Positions 27,144 to 36,959 of a stretch of 58,317 nt of DNA are shown one piece after another; positions within the stretch are counted from its first letter, which is position 1; each line of letters starts with the position of its first letter. Made by a program: the position numbers and the translations under genes. A model generated the notes under the pieces. The model was not told the DNA's origin. It worked only from the letters and a program-made list of their open reading frames with translations, and made no database searches. The DNA comes from a virus (Duplodnaviria; Caudoviricetes), in IMG/VR virus record IMGVR_UViG_3300002855_000234, positions 1-58,317 of that record; one strand, written 5' to 3'.

Positions 27144-28550
27144 ATGCCAGATATTTCGACACCCAACCTCGACTATAACGACATGATTGAGGCGTGGGAC
27201 ATTAACGATGCACTGATGGGCGGCACGCTGGAAATGCGTCGACAGGGCGAAACATACCTACCTCGCTGGCCGCGCGAGGACAAAGAGGACTATAAGAAAC
27301 GCCTGTCTGTTGCGACGCTGCTCCCGGCCTACGAAGAAAGCATTAAGCAAAATACCGGGCGCGTATTTGCTGAGCCAACCGTGTTAAGCGAAAAAACGCC
27401 GGAAAAAATCAAAGAGTATGCCGAAAACATCGATATGGAAGGCAGCCGCCTTGATGTCTGGGCGCAGCAATTCTTCAGCCTGGCGTTTCAGTATGGTCTC
27501 GCACATGCACTGGTGGATTACCCGCGCACCAACGCCGAAGAAATTCGCACAAAAGCTGACGAGCAGGCTGCTGGTGGTCGACCGTATGTAACGATGCTTA
27601 ATCCTAGGCAAGTGATCGGCTGGAAATCAAAGGTCGTCAGCGGAAAAGTTGTGCTCACTGAGTTGCGTGTAAAAGAAGTCATTGTCGTGGATGGTGACGA
27701 CTTCGGGCAAACCAAAGTTGAGCAGATCCGCCACATCATGCCGCGTAAAGTGGAAATCTGGCGCCGTAACAAAGGTGATGGTGGGGAATCCACCTGGACT
27801 CTTTATGAAGAGTGGGAAACCAGCCGCGACGACATTACCCTTGTAACGCTCTACACCAAAAAAACTGGGTTTATGCGAGGTTCTCCGCCACTGCTAAATC
27901 TGGCATTGCTGAACATCAAGCACTGGCAAAGCCAGAGTGAGCAGGACAACATTCTTCATGTTGTGCGTGTGCCGCTTCTGTCAGTTTTTGGTCTGGAAGA
28001 CGATCAAGAACTGGTCATTGGCTCATCCAGCGCTACTAAATTCAGCGACCGCGCAAAGCAGGGTATGGAATACACCGAGCACACCGGCGCTGCCATTGAA
28101 TCCGGCAAAACATCGCTGGATGATCTGGAAAATCAGATGCGCCAGGCGGGCGCGAAACTGCTGCGCGCAGAAAACACATCAACAAAATCTGACGACCAGA
28201 CGCATGAAGAGCATATGCAGGAAAACTCGCCGCTGTACACCATGGCGAGTTCGCTGGAGGATGCACTTGATAACATTCTGCAAATCATGGCTGAGTGGAT
28301 TGGTGAAAGTGATGGCGGCAATGTTGATGTGCGCACAGAGCTGGATGTTTCTGCTCAGACGTTCGATTCATCTGCTGCTATGGCCGTTCAGTCCCTGCGA
28401 CAGGGTGGTGACATTCGCCAGGTTGATGCCGTGCGAGTGCTTCAGGCGCTTAAATTCATCGACCCTGACGCGAAGCCGGAAGAGGTAATTGACGAACTGA
28501 GAAACCAGCAGGTAACGCTGGCAGGTGGCAACAATGGCGACAGCGAATGA
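27144..28550 (+). CDS. Portal protein (DUF4055-like)
   Basis: 468 aa following terL; YLPRWPRE..Y..RL, PPLLNLA. Confidence 0.88.
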   Translation: MPDISTPNLDYNDMIEAWDINDALMGGTLEMRRQGETYLPRWPREDKEDYKKRLSVATLLPAYEESIKQNTGRVFAEPTVLSEKTPEKIKEYAENIDMEGSRLDVWAQQFFSLAFQYGLAHALVDYPRTNAEEIRTKADEQAAGGRPYVTMLNPRQVIGWKSKVVSGKVVLTELRVKEVIVVDGDDFGQTKVEQIRHIMPRKVEIWRRNKGDGGESTWTLYEEWETSRDDITLVTLYTKKTGFMRGSPPLLNLALLNIKHWQSQSEQDNILHVVRVPLLSVFGLEDDQELVIGSSSATKFSDRAKQGMEYTEHTGAAIESGKTSLDDLENQMRQAGAKLLRAENTSTKSDDQTHEEHMQENSPLYTMASSLEDALDNILQIMAEWIGESDGGNVDVRTELDVSAQTFDSSAAMAVQSLRQGGDIRQVDAVRVLQALKFIDPDAKPEEVIDELRNQQVTLAGGNNGDSE

Positions 28551-29646
28551 GACACTGCGCGATGAGTCCATTGCTCACGCTATCTGGATAGCCCGATACA
28601 GCACCGGCGTTGCAAACAGGATGGTAAAACTGCTCAACGAAAGTGATGCTGAGCTGACAGCGCGCCTGCTGGTGGCGATGGATGGTATAGAGCCGAATAG
28701 CTTTACGGTCACACGTCTTGAAGCGCTGCTGGCGAGCGTGCGGGAAATTAACCGCACTGCGATAAACGGTATGTTTTCCAGTCTGTCATCAGAACTGAAC
28801 GAACTGGCGCAACATGAGGCTGGGTATCAGTTGAGTCTCTTTGACGCACTGTTGCCGGAGTTCGTGACCAACGTTCATCCGCTGGTGGGTATCTCTCCTG
28901 ATGCGGTTTACGCTGCGGCAATGGCGCAGCCATTTCAGGGGAGATTACTCAGCGAATGGGCGTCAAACCTCGAAGCGGATCGCCTCAACCGCATCAGTAA
29001 CGCTGTGCGACAGGGCTTTTTGCTGGGAGATACGAACGAGCAGATTGCGCGCAAGGTGCGCGGCCACGCTAATCGCGGCTATCAGGATGGCGCGTTACAG
29101 ATGAGTCGCGCCAATGCCGCCAGTATCGCGAAAACGGCGGTGGGTCATCTTGCAGCGACGGCGCGTAGCAGCTTCGCTGACGCCAATAACGACCTGATGA
29201 AGGGTAAGCAGTGGCTTTCCACCCTGGACAACAGAACGACGCATATATGCAGTATTCGCGACCGTCTGAAGTACACGCTGGATAATAAGCCAATCGGTCA
29301 CAAAATCCCGTATTTGCAAGGACCGGGCAAAATTCACTTTTGCTGCCGATCTATTGAAACTTTCATCCTCAAATCAGCGAAAGAGCTGGGTATCGATGTT
29401 CGCGATATCCCACCAGCGGAACGCGCCAGCATGGACGGCGTTGTACCGGGTGATACCAACTATCAGGAATGGTTCTCTCGCCAGTCGTTCGATCGCCAGA
29501 AGCAAATCGTTGGCGAGAAGCGCGCGCGGCTTATCCGTGATGGTGGTATGTCGCCGGATGAGTTCTACACCGACAAGGGTGAATGGCTGACGCTGGCGCA
29601 GTTGCGGGAGCGTGACGAACAGGCGTTTAAAGATGCCGGGTTGTGA
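28534..29646 (+). CDS. Head morphogenesis protein (Mu F/SPP1 gp7 family)
   Basis: WLSTLDNRTTHIC...HFCCRS. Confidence 0.9.
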   Translation: MATANETLRDESIAHAIWIARYSTGVANRMVKLLNESDAELTARLLVAMDGIEPNSFTVTRLEALLASVREINRTAINGMFSSLSSELNELAQHEAGYQLSLFDALLPEFVTNVHPLVGISPDAVYAAAMAQPFQGRLLSEWASNLEADRLNRISNAVRQGFLLGDTNEQIARKVRGHANRGYQDGALQMSRANAASIAKTAVGHLAATARSSFADANNDLMKGKQWLSTLDNRTTHICSIRDRLKYTLDNKPIGHKIPYLQGPGKIHFCCRSIETFILKSAKELGIDVRDIPPAERASMDGVVPGDTNYQEWFSRQSFDRQKQIVGEKRARLIRDGGMSPDEFYTDKGEWLTLAQLRERDEQAFKDAGL

Positions 29647-29657
29647 TAGGATTAATC

Positions 29658-29705
29658 AGTGGCTAGGGTAGCTCCCGAAAAGCGGCATCGTCACCGCCTG
29701 CCACT
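29658..29705 (+). ncRNA. c4/CI-like antisense RNA structure
   Basis: AGTGGC/GCCACT base stem with GGG-TAGCT-CCC and GCGG-CATCGTCA-CCGC hairpins; loop complementary to TGACGATG at 29734. Confidence 0.65.
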
Positions 29706-29738
29706 AATAACCTGACGAGCAACGAGACGAGGTTGACG

Positions 29739-29984
29739 ATGGCTGCTCCAGAAAACAATTTACATTACGCCGGTAATGAATTGATTATTCATGATTCAGG
29801 TGACGGACCCGATCAATTTTATCGCTGCGTTAGTCCGAGCGACCTAACAAATGCTGAATTATTGAACGCGCTGCGCGATGTTGTTGAGCGCAATGGCATT
29901 GGATACATAGAATCATCCGATACGGTAGTACGCGTCGGTGATCACGTTGGTCCATGCAAAGAGCTATTTAAAAAGTTTTCCTAA
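29739..29984 (+). CDS. Moron hypothetical protein 1
   Basis: GAGG RBS; AT-rich; interrupts head operon. Confidence 0.65.
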   Translation: MAAPENNLHYAGNELIIHDSGDGPDQFYRCVSPSDLTNAELLNALRDVVERNGIGYIESSDTVVRVGDHVGPCKELFKKFS

Positions 29985-30006
29985 ATGGCAATGTGGAGAT
30001 GGCATT

Positions 30007-30186
30007 ATGAACAAAGAAAAAGATAACCATCAAGATGTTGTCCTGAATGTGAAAATAATTAATTCCACGCCAACCACGGCAGAAGACCACGAAAACTGGA
30101 AAAACGAAGATTTTGCTCGAATCACAGATTGTGTGGAAGTGACTCGCGCCGGGGGTGTTGATGGCAAGTACACTAAAGGCAGGTAG
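30007..30186 (+). CDS. Moron hypothetical protein 2
   Basis: GGAG RBS; 59 aa. Confidence 0.55.
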   Translation: MNKEKDNHQDVVLNVKIINSTPTTAEDHENWKNEDFARITDCVEVTRAGGVDGKYTKGR

Positions 30187-30192
30187 GTTGAT

Positions 30193-30366
30193 ATGGATTC
30201 ACAAAAACAAAGAGACCTTATTGCAAGCCTGTATGAAGAGCTAGTAATCGCAAGGGGGCTCATTAAAGAGATTTGCACAGTGCGAAGCATTGCGGAACCA
30301 AAGGCTTCTTTGCAGAGAATGGATAAAGCCATTAAAGGCGCAAAAGATATGCTTGAAAATATCTAA
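30193..30366 (+). CDS. Moron hypothetical protein 3
   Basis: AGGT RBS; MDSQKQRDLIASLYEELVIARG, 57 aa; read manually. Confidence 0.6.
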   Translation: MDSQKQRDLIASLYEELVIARGLIKEICTVRSIAEPKASLQRMDKAIKGAKDMLENI

Positions 30367-30372
30367 ATAAAG

Positions 30373-30441
30373 AGGTCGCCATAGCGCGGCCTTTTTTATT
30401 ATCTGAAATTCACAACAGGCTGCCTCCGGGCGGCCTTTTTT
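30373..30441 (+). terminator. Two tandem terminators ending the moron
   Basis: AGGTCGC..GCGGCCTTTTTT and AGGCTGCC-TCCG-GGCGGCCTTTTTT. Confidence 0.75.
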
Positions 30442-30502
30442 ATGGCCGCAATTCGGATGATGCGCGGTGCAACGGTCGGATGACCAAATCAAAGGTAACA
30501 AC

Positions 30503-31267
30503 ATGAAACTGAAGACAGTAGAAGTAAACGGTAAGCACTATGCAGAAGTCGATGCTAACGGCCTGCCGGTTTACGTGCATGACGACGGGAAAGAGATTGG
30601 TTTTGATGCTGCTCAGGCGATGAGCACAATTTCTGCACGCAACGCCGAAGCAAAATCTCATCGTGAAGCCAAAGAAGCGGTTGAAGCAAAACTGGCAGCT
30701 TTCTCCGGGATTGAAGACCCCAAGAAGGCGCTCGAAGCAATCGAGATGATGACCAAAATCGACCAAAAAAAACTGATCGATGCTGGTGCTGTTGACCAGG
30801 TGAAGGCCGAAATCACCAAATCATTCCAGGCGCAACTGGATGAGGCCAACAACAAAAGTAAAACGCTGGAAAGTCAACTGTACGATTCGATGATCGGCGG
30901 TAGTTTTACCGGCTCCAAATTTATCACCGATAAGATCGCCATCCCTGCCGATCTGCTTCAGGCCCGCTTCGGTCAGTCGTTTAAGGTCGAAGAGGGTAAA
31001 GTTGTCGCCTATGACGGCACCGGCAACAAAATTTATTCCCGCTCTAAACCGGGCGAGCTGGCCTCATTCGATGAAGCGCTGGAGTTCCTGGTAGAGCAGT
31101 ACCCGCAAAAAGACCACATCCTGAAAGCCAGCGGCAATAACGGCGGTGGTTCTCGCTCAACTCAACATCAGGCAGGACAAAAGACAATGAAGCGCGATGC
31201 GTTTACAGGTCTGAGCCCTGTCGAGCAGCAGTCGACGCTGAAAGAAGGCATCACCATCGTCGACTAA
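30503..31267 (+). CDS. Capsid scaffolding protein
   Basis: Helical coiled coil directly before the capsid gene. Confidence 0.8.
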   Translation: MKLKTVEVNGKHYAEVDANGLPVYVHDDGKEIGFDAAQAMSTISARNAEAKSHREAKEAVEAKLAAFSGIEDPKKALEAIEMMTKIDQKKLIDAGAVDQVKAEITKSFQAQLDEANNKSKTLESQLYDSMIGGSFTGSKFITDKIAIPADLLQARFGQSFKVEEGKVVAYDGTGNKIYSRSKPGELASFDEALEFLVEQYPQKDHILKASGNNGGGSRSTQHQAGQKTMKRDAFTGLSPVEQQSTLKEGITIVD

Positions 31268-31357
31268 TCGCATTTGCCAGTTGCCGGATGGTGGCTGGCG
31301 CCAGAGCTGGATAGCTCACTAATCAATCCACGATAAAATCTCAAGGAACACAGAAAA

Positions 31358-32494
31358 ATGGCTAATACCCTTACCGGGTTGATCCCGACTATCTATACAG
31401 CTCTGGATATCGTTTCCCGTGAGCAGGTGGGCTTTATCCCTGCTGTCGCGCGAAATACCAAAGCAGACGCAGCAGCGAAAGACCAGACCGTTACTGCGCC
31501 GGTTGCTCCGGTTGCTGTTACCGAAGACATCGTGCCGGGTCCGTCTGCGCCGAATACCGGCGATCAGAATATCGGCACCGTCGATGTCAAAATCACCAAA
31601 TCCAAAATGGCCCCGGTCAAATGGAACGGTGAAGAGCAACTGGCTCTCGGTCCCGCTGGTACTTACAACACCATTCTTGCTGACCAGTTCACCCAGGCAT
31701 TCCGCGCACTGTCAAATGAGGTCGATGCTGATCTCGGTGCACTTTACTACGGCACTTCTCGCGCCGTTGGTACTGCTGGCACAACGCCGTTTGGCGTGAA
31801 GGAAGACCTGACCGACGCAGCTAATGCACGCAAGGTTCTGGAGGACAACGGTTCGCCAACTACCAGCCTGCAAATGGTTCTCGGTTCTTCTGCAATCGCG
31901 AATCTTCGCGGGAAGCAAACGGTACTGTTCAAAGTGAATGAATCCGGCACTGAGCAACTTCTTCGTGAAGGTACGCTGGGCCGACTGGAAGGCTTCAACA
32001 TTCACAACTCTGCGGGCGTTAAGCGTGCGCCAGCTGCTACCGCGACAGGATATCTGGTCAATGGCGCGAAACAGGAAGGCGATATCATCATTGCCATCGA
32101 TACTGGTACGGGCGCTATCGTAGCTGGTCAGGTCGTTACTTTCGATGGCGACGATAACCAGTATGTTGTTGCGGCAGCTACTTCAACCACCATCACTCTG
32201 GCTGCGCCGGGACTGCGCCAGAACCTGGCGGACAATACCGAAATCACGGTTGTTGGCGGCTTCACCGCGAATATGGCGTTTGACCGTAACGCATTCCTGC
32301 TGGCTTCGCGTACCCCGGCAATGCCAGAGGGTGGCGATACCGCTGATGATGTGATGAATGTAACCGATCCCGTCTCCGGTATCACCTTCCAGGTTGCGTT
32401 GTATCGTCAGTACCGTCAGGTGCGTTATGAAGTTGGCCTGGCGTGGGGTGTCGCTTCCGTTAAGCCTGCTCATGCGGTAATGCTGCTGGGCTAA
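31358..32494 (+). CDS. Major capsid protein (P22 coat-like family)
   Basis: 378 aa; MANTLTGLIP; position. Confidence 0.9.
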   Translation: MANTLTGLIPTIYTALDIVSREQVGFIPAVARNTKADAAAKDQTVTAPVAPVAVTEDIVPGPSAPNTGDQNIGTVDVKITKSKMAPVKWNGEEQLALGPAGTYNTILADQFTQAFRALSNEVDADLGALYYGTSRAVGTAGTTPFGVKEDLTDAANARKVLEDNGSPTTSLQMVLGSSAIANLRGKQTVLFKVNESGTEQLLREGTLGRLEGFNIHNSAGVKRAPAATATGYLVNGAKQEGDIIIAIDTGTGAIVAGQVVTFDGDDNQYVVAAATSTTITLAAPGLRQNLADNTEITVVGGFTANMAFDRNAFLLASRTPAMPEGGDTADDVMNVTDPVSGITFQVALYRQYRQVRYEVGLAWGVASVKPAHAVMLLG

Positions 32495-32543
32495 CACCAT
32501 CACACACAAGGGGCTTCGGCCCCTTTTTCTTTCTGGAGGGCTT

Positions 32544-32864
<321 letters not shown>

Positions 32865-32867
32865 TTT

Positions 32868-33278
32868 ATGATCACCTACATCACAGTGGCGGACGTTGAT
32901 CAGATACTCGGTGCTGACTGGACTGATCCCAGTAAAAAATCAAAATCGGTACTGATGGCTAACACCTGGATGAATGGCCTTAGCCTAAAGTTACCATGTG
33001 ACAAAAATACCCACGAAGTCATTATCCCTGATGATGTGAAGCAGGCTGGGGCGTATGCCGCACAGGCGGCAGCGAATGGCGGATTGTATCAACAGAAAAC
33101 CAGTTCTGGCGTGCTCACCAGTGAATCGGTTGATGCCGACGGCGTGAGCGTGTCAGAAAGCTACGCCGAAATGGCAACAAACAGCACATCTTTGCTGGAT
33201 TCCGATCTGCAACTGGCGCTGGCGATGTTAAAACCATACGGCGCTAACACCTCGCAGATTCGCCTTGTCAGGGGGTGA
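32868..33278 (+). CDS. Head-tail adaptor
   Basis: YITVADVD, IPDDVKQA; position. Confidence 0.75.
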   Translation: MITYITVADVDQILGADWTDPSKKSKSVLMANTWMNGLSLKLPCDKNTHEVIIPDDVKQAGAYAAQAAANGGLYQQKTSSGVLTSESVDADGVSVSESYAEMATNSTSLLDSDLQLALAMLKPYGANTSQIRLVRG

Positions 33279-33279
33279 T

Positions 33280-33663
33280 ATGGGAATTCGTGACAAGATC
33301 CAGACGAAGGTAGCAAAAGCCTTTGATACAAAACTGGCGGATGCGGTTAACGATTTCACTGGCTCTTTCGTCATTCAAACGGGCTGGGACCCGGTAACGG
33401 AGACTGGCGGTGAAACCACAGTGACCTACACTGGTCGTGGCGTTCTGTCGAAATACAGCCTCAACCGCATTGATGGCGTTAATATCCTGCACGGCGACCT
33501 GAAATTAACAGCGCTGACGAATGAAGTTACCGACGAACCGAAAGTCGATCACATCATCACTGCACCAGATCTGATTACCGGCGAACAGCAACGCTACAAG
33601 GTCATTACCGCAGGAACCGACCCGGCGAAAGCGACATATTCCATTCAGTTGCGGAGGGCGTAA
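33280..33663 (+). CDS. Head closure/joining protein
   Basis: WDPVT, IDGVNILHGDLKL, QLRR. Confidence 0.75.
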   Translation: MGIRDKIQTKVAKAFDTKLADAVNDFTGSFVIQTGWDPVTETGGETTVTYTGRGVLSKYSLNRIDGVNILHGDLKLTALTNEVTDEPKVDHIITAPDLITGEQQRYKVITAGTDPAKATYSIQLRRA

Positions 33664-33869
33664 TGCAATTTCTTCTGCTTTATCTAATCTGCGGACTGCC
33701 TCTCGGTCTTTTCGAGTTTGTATCCGTATTGCTCGTCAGGGATGGTGGCTCGGTATGGCTTAAGGCTACTTATGGTGTAATCGCCGTGCTTTTATGGCCG
33801 CTAATTTTTGCTGTACTGTTCGTGCCTGAACGGATTCTTTGCAAGTGGCGGGGAGTATGGGATGACTAA
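33663..33869 (+). CDS. Small two-TM membrane protein
   Basis: Hydrophobic 68 aa overlapping both neighbours. Confidence 0.6.
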   Translation: MQFLLLYLICGLPLGLFEFVSVLLVRDGGSVWLKATYGVIAVLLWPLIFAVLFVPERILCKWRGVWDD

Positions 33870-34494
33870 GGCCTGGAGTCTTGACCCTGCATTATTCGCT
33901 GACAAGGTGGAAGAGGATGTCGGAAAACTGCAACGCGTTATAGCCATTCAGTTGCTCAATGAGATCGTTATTCGGTCACCGGTCGGTAACCCTGAAATAT
34001 GGGCTATCAACAGTATGCAGGTTCAGCAGCGCGACCGGGTTAACGATATCAATGAAGCCCTTCGGAGCAGCGACCGGTTCGGGACTACTGACAAAAACGG
34101 TAACCGTCGGATTAAACGAGGCAATAAAGTCAGTCTCGCCGGTGCTGAGTACAGCAGTAATGCGGGGAAATTCGGCCCCCAGCGCGTGCGCAAGCTAAGG
34201 CGAGGGCAGGGAGAGATTTATCGACCTCCAGGCTATCGCGCGGGGACTTTCCGGGCATCTCACTTCGTGAGTGTCGGTTCGCCAAGTGATTATGTTCCAC
34301 GTGAGCCAGATCCAAACGGCGCAAACACCATCAATAACGGGGCGTCGACAATTCTTGCGGCGCCAAGTTATTCGGTCATCTACATCCAGTCAAACCTTCC
34401 TTATTCCGTACCGCTTGAAAACGGGCACTCAAAGCAGGCACCGGCAGGCGTTTATGCGGTCTCATTTAATGGTGTAACACAGGCCTACAAATGA
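33862..34494 (+). CDS. HK97 gp10-family tail completion protein
   Basis: SPV, GTFRAS, NLPYSVPLENGHSKQAPAG. Confidence 0.85.
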   Translation: MTKAWSLDPALFADKVEEDVGKLQRVIAIQLLNEIVIRSPVGNPEIWAINSMQVQQRDRVNDINEALRSSDRFGTTDKNGNRRIKRGNKVSLAGAEYSSNAGKFGPQRVRKLRRGQGEIYRPPGYRAGTFRASHFVSVGSPSDYVPREPDPNGANTINNGASTILAAPSYSVIYIQSNLPYSVPLENGHSKQAPAGVYAVSFNGVTQAYK

Positions 34495-34883
34495 CCCTCA
34501 CAGAAATTCGTAACGCTGTTATCACTCGTATGACGGCGCAGACGGCTATTGCCTCTGATGCTGTGGATTATCCCAACGGACCCGTATTTGACCCAAGTGG
34601 TCGTGATATCTGGGCTCGCTTTACCAATATTTCCGGACTGGCCGGCGCGAATGAAATCGGTGCTGGCCCCGTCGTTCAGCGCACCGGAGTGCTGATTATT
34701 CAGATCTTCGTCCCTGTTGGCTCTGGCACCATCCTCATCACTCAAACAGCAGACAAACTCCGTGAGCTTTTTGAATTTCAGGATGATGGAAAACTCAGTT
34801 ATTTCGCCGTATCCGCTGTTCCCGCTGGCGAAACGGATGGCTGGTCTCAGTTCAATCTACAAATCCCTTACCGCGCTCTGTAG
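34491..34883 (+). CDS. Tail terminator-like protein
   Basis: 130 aa directly before the tail tube gene. Confidence 0.78.
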   Translation: MTLTEIRNAVITRMTAQTAIASDAVDYPNGPVFDPSGRDIWARFTNISGLAGANEIGAGPVVQRTGVLIIQIFVPVGSGTILITQTADKLRELFEFQDDGKLSYFAVSAVPAGETDGWSQFNLQIPYRAL

Positions 34884-34909
34884 CGCTTAACTTCGATGGA
34901 GGTGACCGC

Positions 34910-36070
34910 ATGTCGAGCGGCGCTAAGGTACTCTCGGCCTTTATCCGGGAGACGACTCCAGGAATCACGCCTGCTGGCGTCTGGAATCTTTTCAAACGTA
35001 CGAGCTGGGGCGTTGGTCCATCCCAGAATACCAACGACAACGATGAGATCGGCGGCACCCGAATGGCGCAGGGCGCTACGCTGGGAACGGTCGATGTCGG
35101 CGGTGATGTCGGGGCAAAATTCCGTTACGGCCAGCATGATGAATTTCTGGCTTCGTGTTTTGGCGCAGAGTGGGCGGGCAATGTGCTGACGATGGGGAAT
35201 GACCGTATCTCTTTCTCACTTGCAACGTATGCCTCTGATGTTGGTATCGCCTCCATCGTTCGCGGCGCGCAGGTAAGCGTGTTCCAGTTGGAAGTTCCGA
35301 ATGATGGCGACGTTACCGCGACAGTCACTTTCGCCGGGCTGGGCTGGGATTCGAAAGCAGATGATACGAGTTATATCGAAGGTACACCTGCTGATAACGC
35401 TGGCGAGCTGCGTTACTCGTTCAAAGAGGTCACCGCAATCAACCTGAATGGCATCGACGGTGGTGATGGATTCTGTATTGATACCTTCAACATCCAGTTC
35501 GATAACAACGTTCAGACCCAGCGCTGTATTGGCACCGGTTCACCATATGCCGGGGCTAATATCCCAACCACCTTCACGCCTTCAGGTTCGATCACGCTGT
35601 CCTGGTCTAAAGCTGCGTGGGAGGTCTGGAGCAAAACGCTTACCGGAGCAACCGTGCCGTTCAGTTTCACCCTGGCGAACGACGAAGGTCAGTACACGTT
35701 TAACTTCCCGAAAGTGCAGGTCGCTGGCGACTGGCCGGATGGCGGCAATACCGACATTATCCAGGTTCAACTGGATATCACTGCGGCCGACGAGTCACCA
35801 ACCATTACCCGCGCCGTTACTATTCCGGCAACCGGCATCACGGTAACCCCGGAAACAGCTTCCGTTGATGTGGGCGATACAACCAGCCTCACTGCAACGC
35901 TGGCTCCCGCAGGCGCAACGGATACTGTTACGTGGGAGTCATCCGATCCTGAAGTGGCAACAGTTAGTGCGTCAGGCGTCGTTACTGGTGTTGCGGCCGG
36001 AACGGCAACTATCACCGCCAAGGCGCGCACTTTTACCGATACGGCAACCATTACCGTAACTGAACCATAA
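34910..36070 (+). CDS. Major tail tube protein with C-terminal Ig (Big_2) domain
   Basis: MSSGAKV; VTWESSDPEVATV..GVVTGVAAGTATITA. Confidence 0.9.
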   Translation: MSSGAKVLSAFIRETTPGITPAGVWNLFKRTSWGVGPSQNTNDNDEIGGTRMAQGATLGTVDVGGDVGAKFRYGQHDEFLASCFGAEWAGNVLTMGNDRISFSLATYASDVGIASIVRGAQVSVFQLEVPNDGDVTATVTFAGLGWDSKADDTSYIEGTPADNAGELRYSFKEVTAINLNGIDGGDGFCIDTFNIQFDNNVQTQRCIGTGSPYAGANIPTTFTPSGSITLSWSKAAWEVWSKTLTGATVPFSFTLANDEGQYTFNFPKVQVAGDWPDGGNTDIIQVQLDITAADESPTITRAVTIPATGITVTPETASVDVGDTTSLTATLAPAGATDTVTWESSDPEVATVSASGVVTGVAAGTATITAKARTFTDTATITVTEP

Positions 36071-36132
36071 AATTTCCCTTGCCCGTTCCGCTCTGCATGG
36101 TGGAGCGGGCTTTTTTCATGCAGGAGTTTAGA

Positions 36133-36600
36133 ATGATTATCCTCAACCCACGAATTGATGTTGGCGGCGAGCGCTGGTTTACACCGCTGAAAGATCTGAA
36201 ACCCATTGAAGGGCTGAAATTGCTCGTCAGCAGCATTGATAACGACCAGTATCGCTCGCGTAATGCGCTTATTCGCCGCCACATTGAAAAAATGGATGCC
36301 AGTTACCAGGTGGGAACCAGCGAATTTAGCCTGTCAGCGGTCGGGGAAATTGACTCTGCTGACGATCTTCTGATCGACAACTGCGCGCGTTACCTGCTGA
36401 AAGACTGGAAGGGCGTCGGTGAGCTTGTTGAAGGCGAAGAAGTTCCGATTGAATACACGCCTGAACGCGGTGCTGCACTTCTTAAACAGGAACCAGAGAT
36501 GTACTGGCAAATTCTGGCTGAAGCCGCCAGCATCGCCCAGGGCAAAGAGCAGCAAAAGCAGGAAACCGTAAAAAAGCCATCGAAGCGCAAAAGTGGCTGA
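36133..36600 (+). CDS. Tail assembly chaperone G
   Basis: AGGAG RBS; LLKDWKGV; between tube and tape measure genes. Confidence 0.85.
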   Translation: MIILNPRIDVGGERWFTPLKDLKPIEGLKLLVSSIDNDQYRSRNALIRRHIEKMDASYQVGTSEFSLSAVGEIDSADDLLIDNCARYLLKDWKGVGELVEGEEVPIEYTPERGAALLKQEPEMYWQILAEAASIAQGKEQQKQETVKKPSKRKSG

Positions 36601-36920
36601 GTGAGTTCGGCGGGGAGCAGGGTGAAAAGGCAAAGTGGCGAAGGGAGAAATTAAAACTCCCGCCAATTCCCGAGCCTGAAATTGACGGCGTGACAGGGGA
36701 AATCCTCAACGCTTACTCCGTTATTTCCCGCTCCCGGCTGTATGCCGGGATGGCGGGCGCACCGCTGCCGATCTCACTTCATGATATTGAGCGCTTTCTT
36801 TCTGCACGTCCCGTCCTCATTGATCGTGATGAATTTGACGCGGCGATATTTGCCCTCGATGACGCATGGCGTGAGCAGTGGGCACAGGAACAAAAAAAAC
36901 ACGGCAAACAGAAACAATAA
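36570..36920 (+). CDS. Tail chaperone T segment reached by -1 frameshift (G-T fusion)
   Basis: A-AAA-AAG at 36570-36576; -1 frame open to 36920. Confidence 0.85.
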   Translation, partial: KKAIEAQKWLSEFGGEQGEKAKWRREKLKLPPIPEPEIDGVTGEILNAYSVISRSRLYAGMAGAPLPISLHDIERFLSARPVLIDRDEFDAAIFALDDAWREQWAQEQKKHGKQKQ

Positions 36921-36959
36921 GCCCGGCATGTCCGGGTATTTTTATGCCCGGAGATCGCA

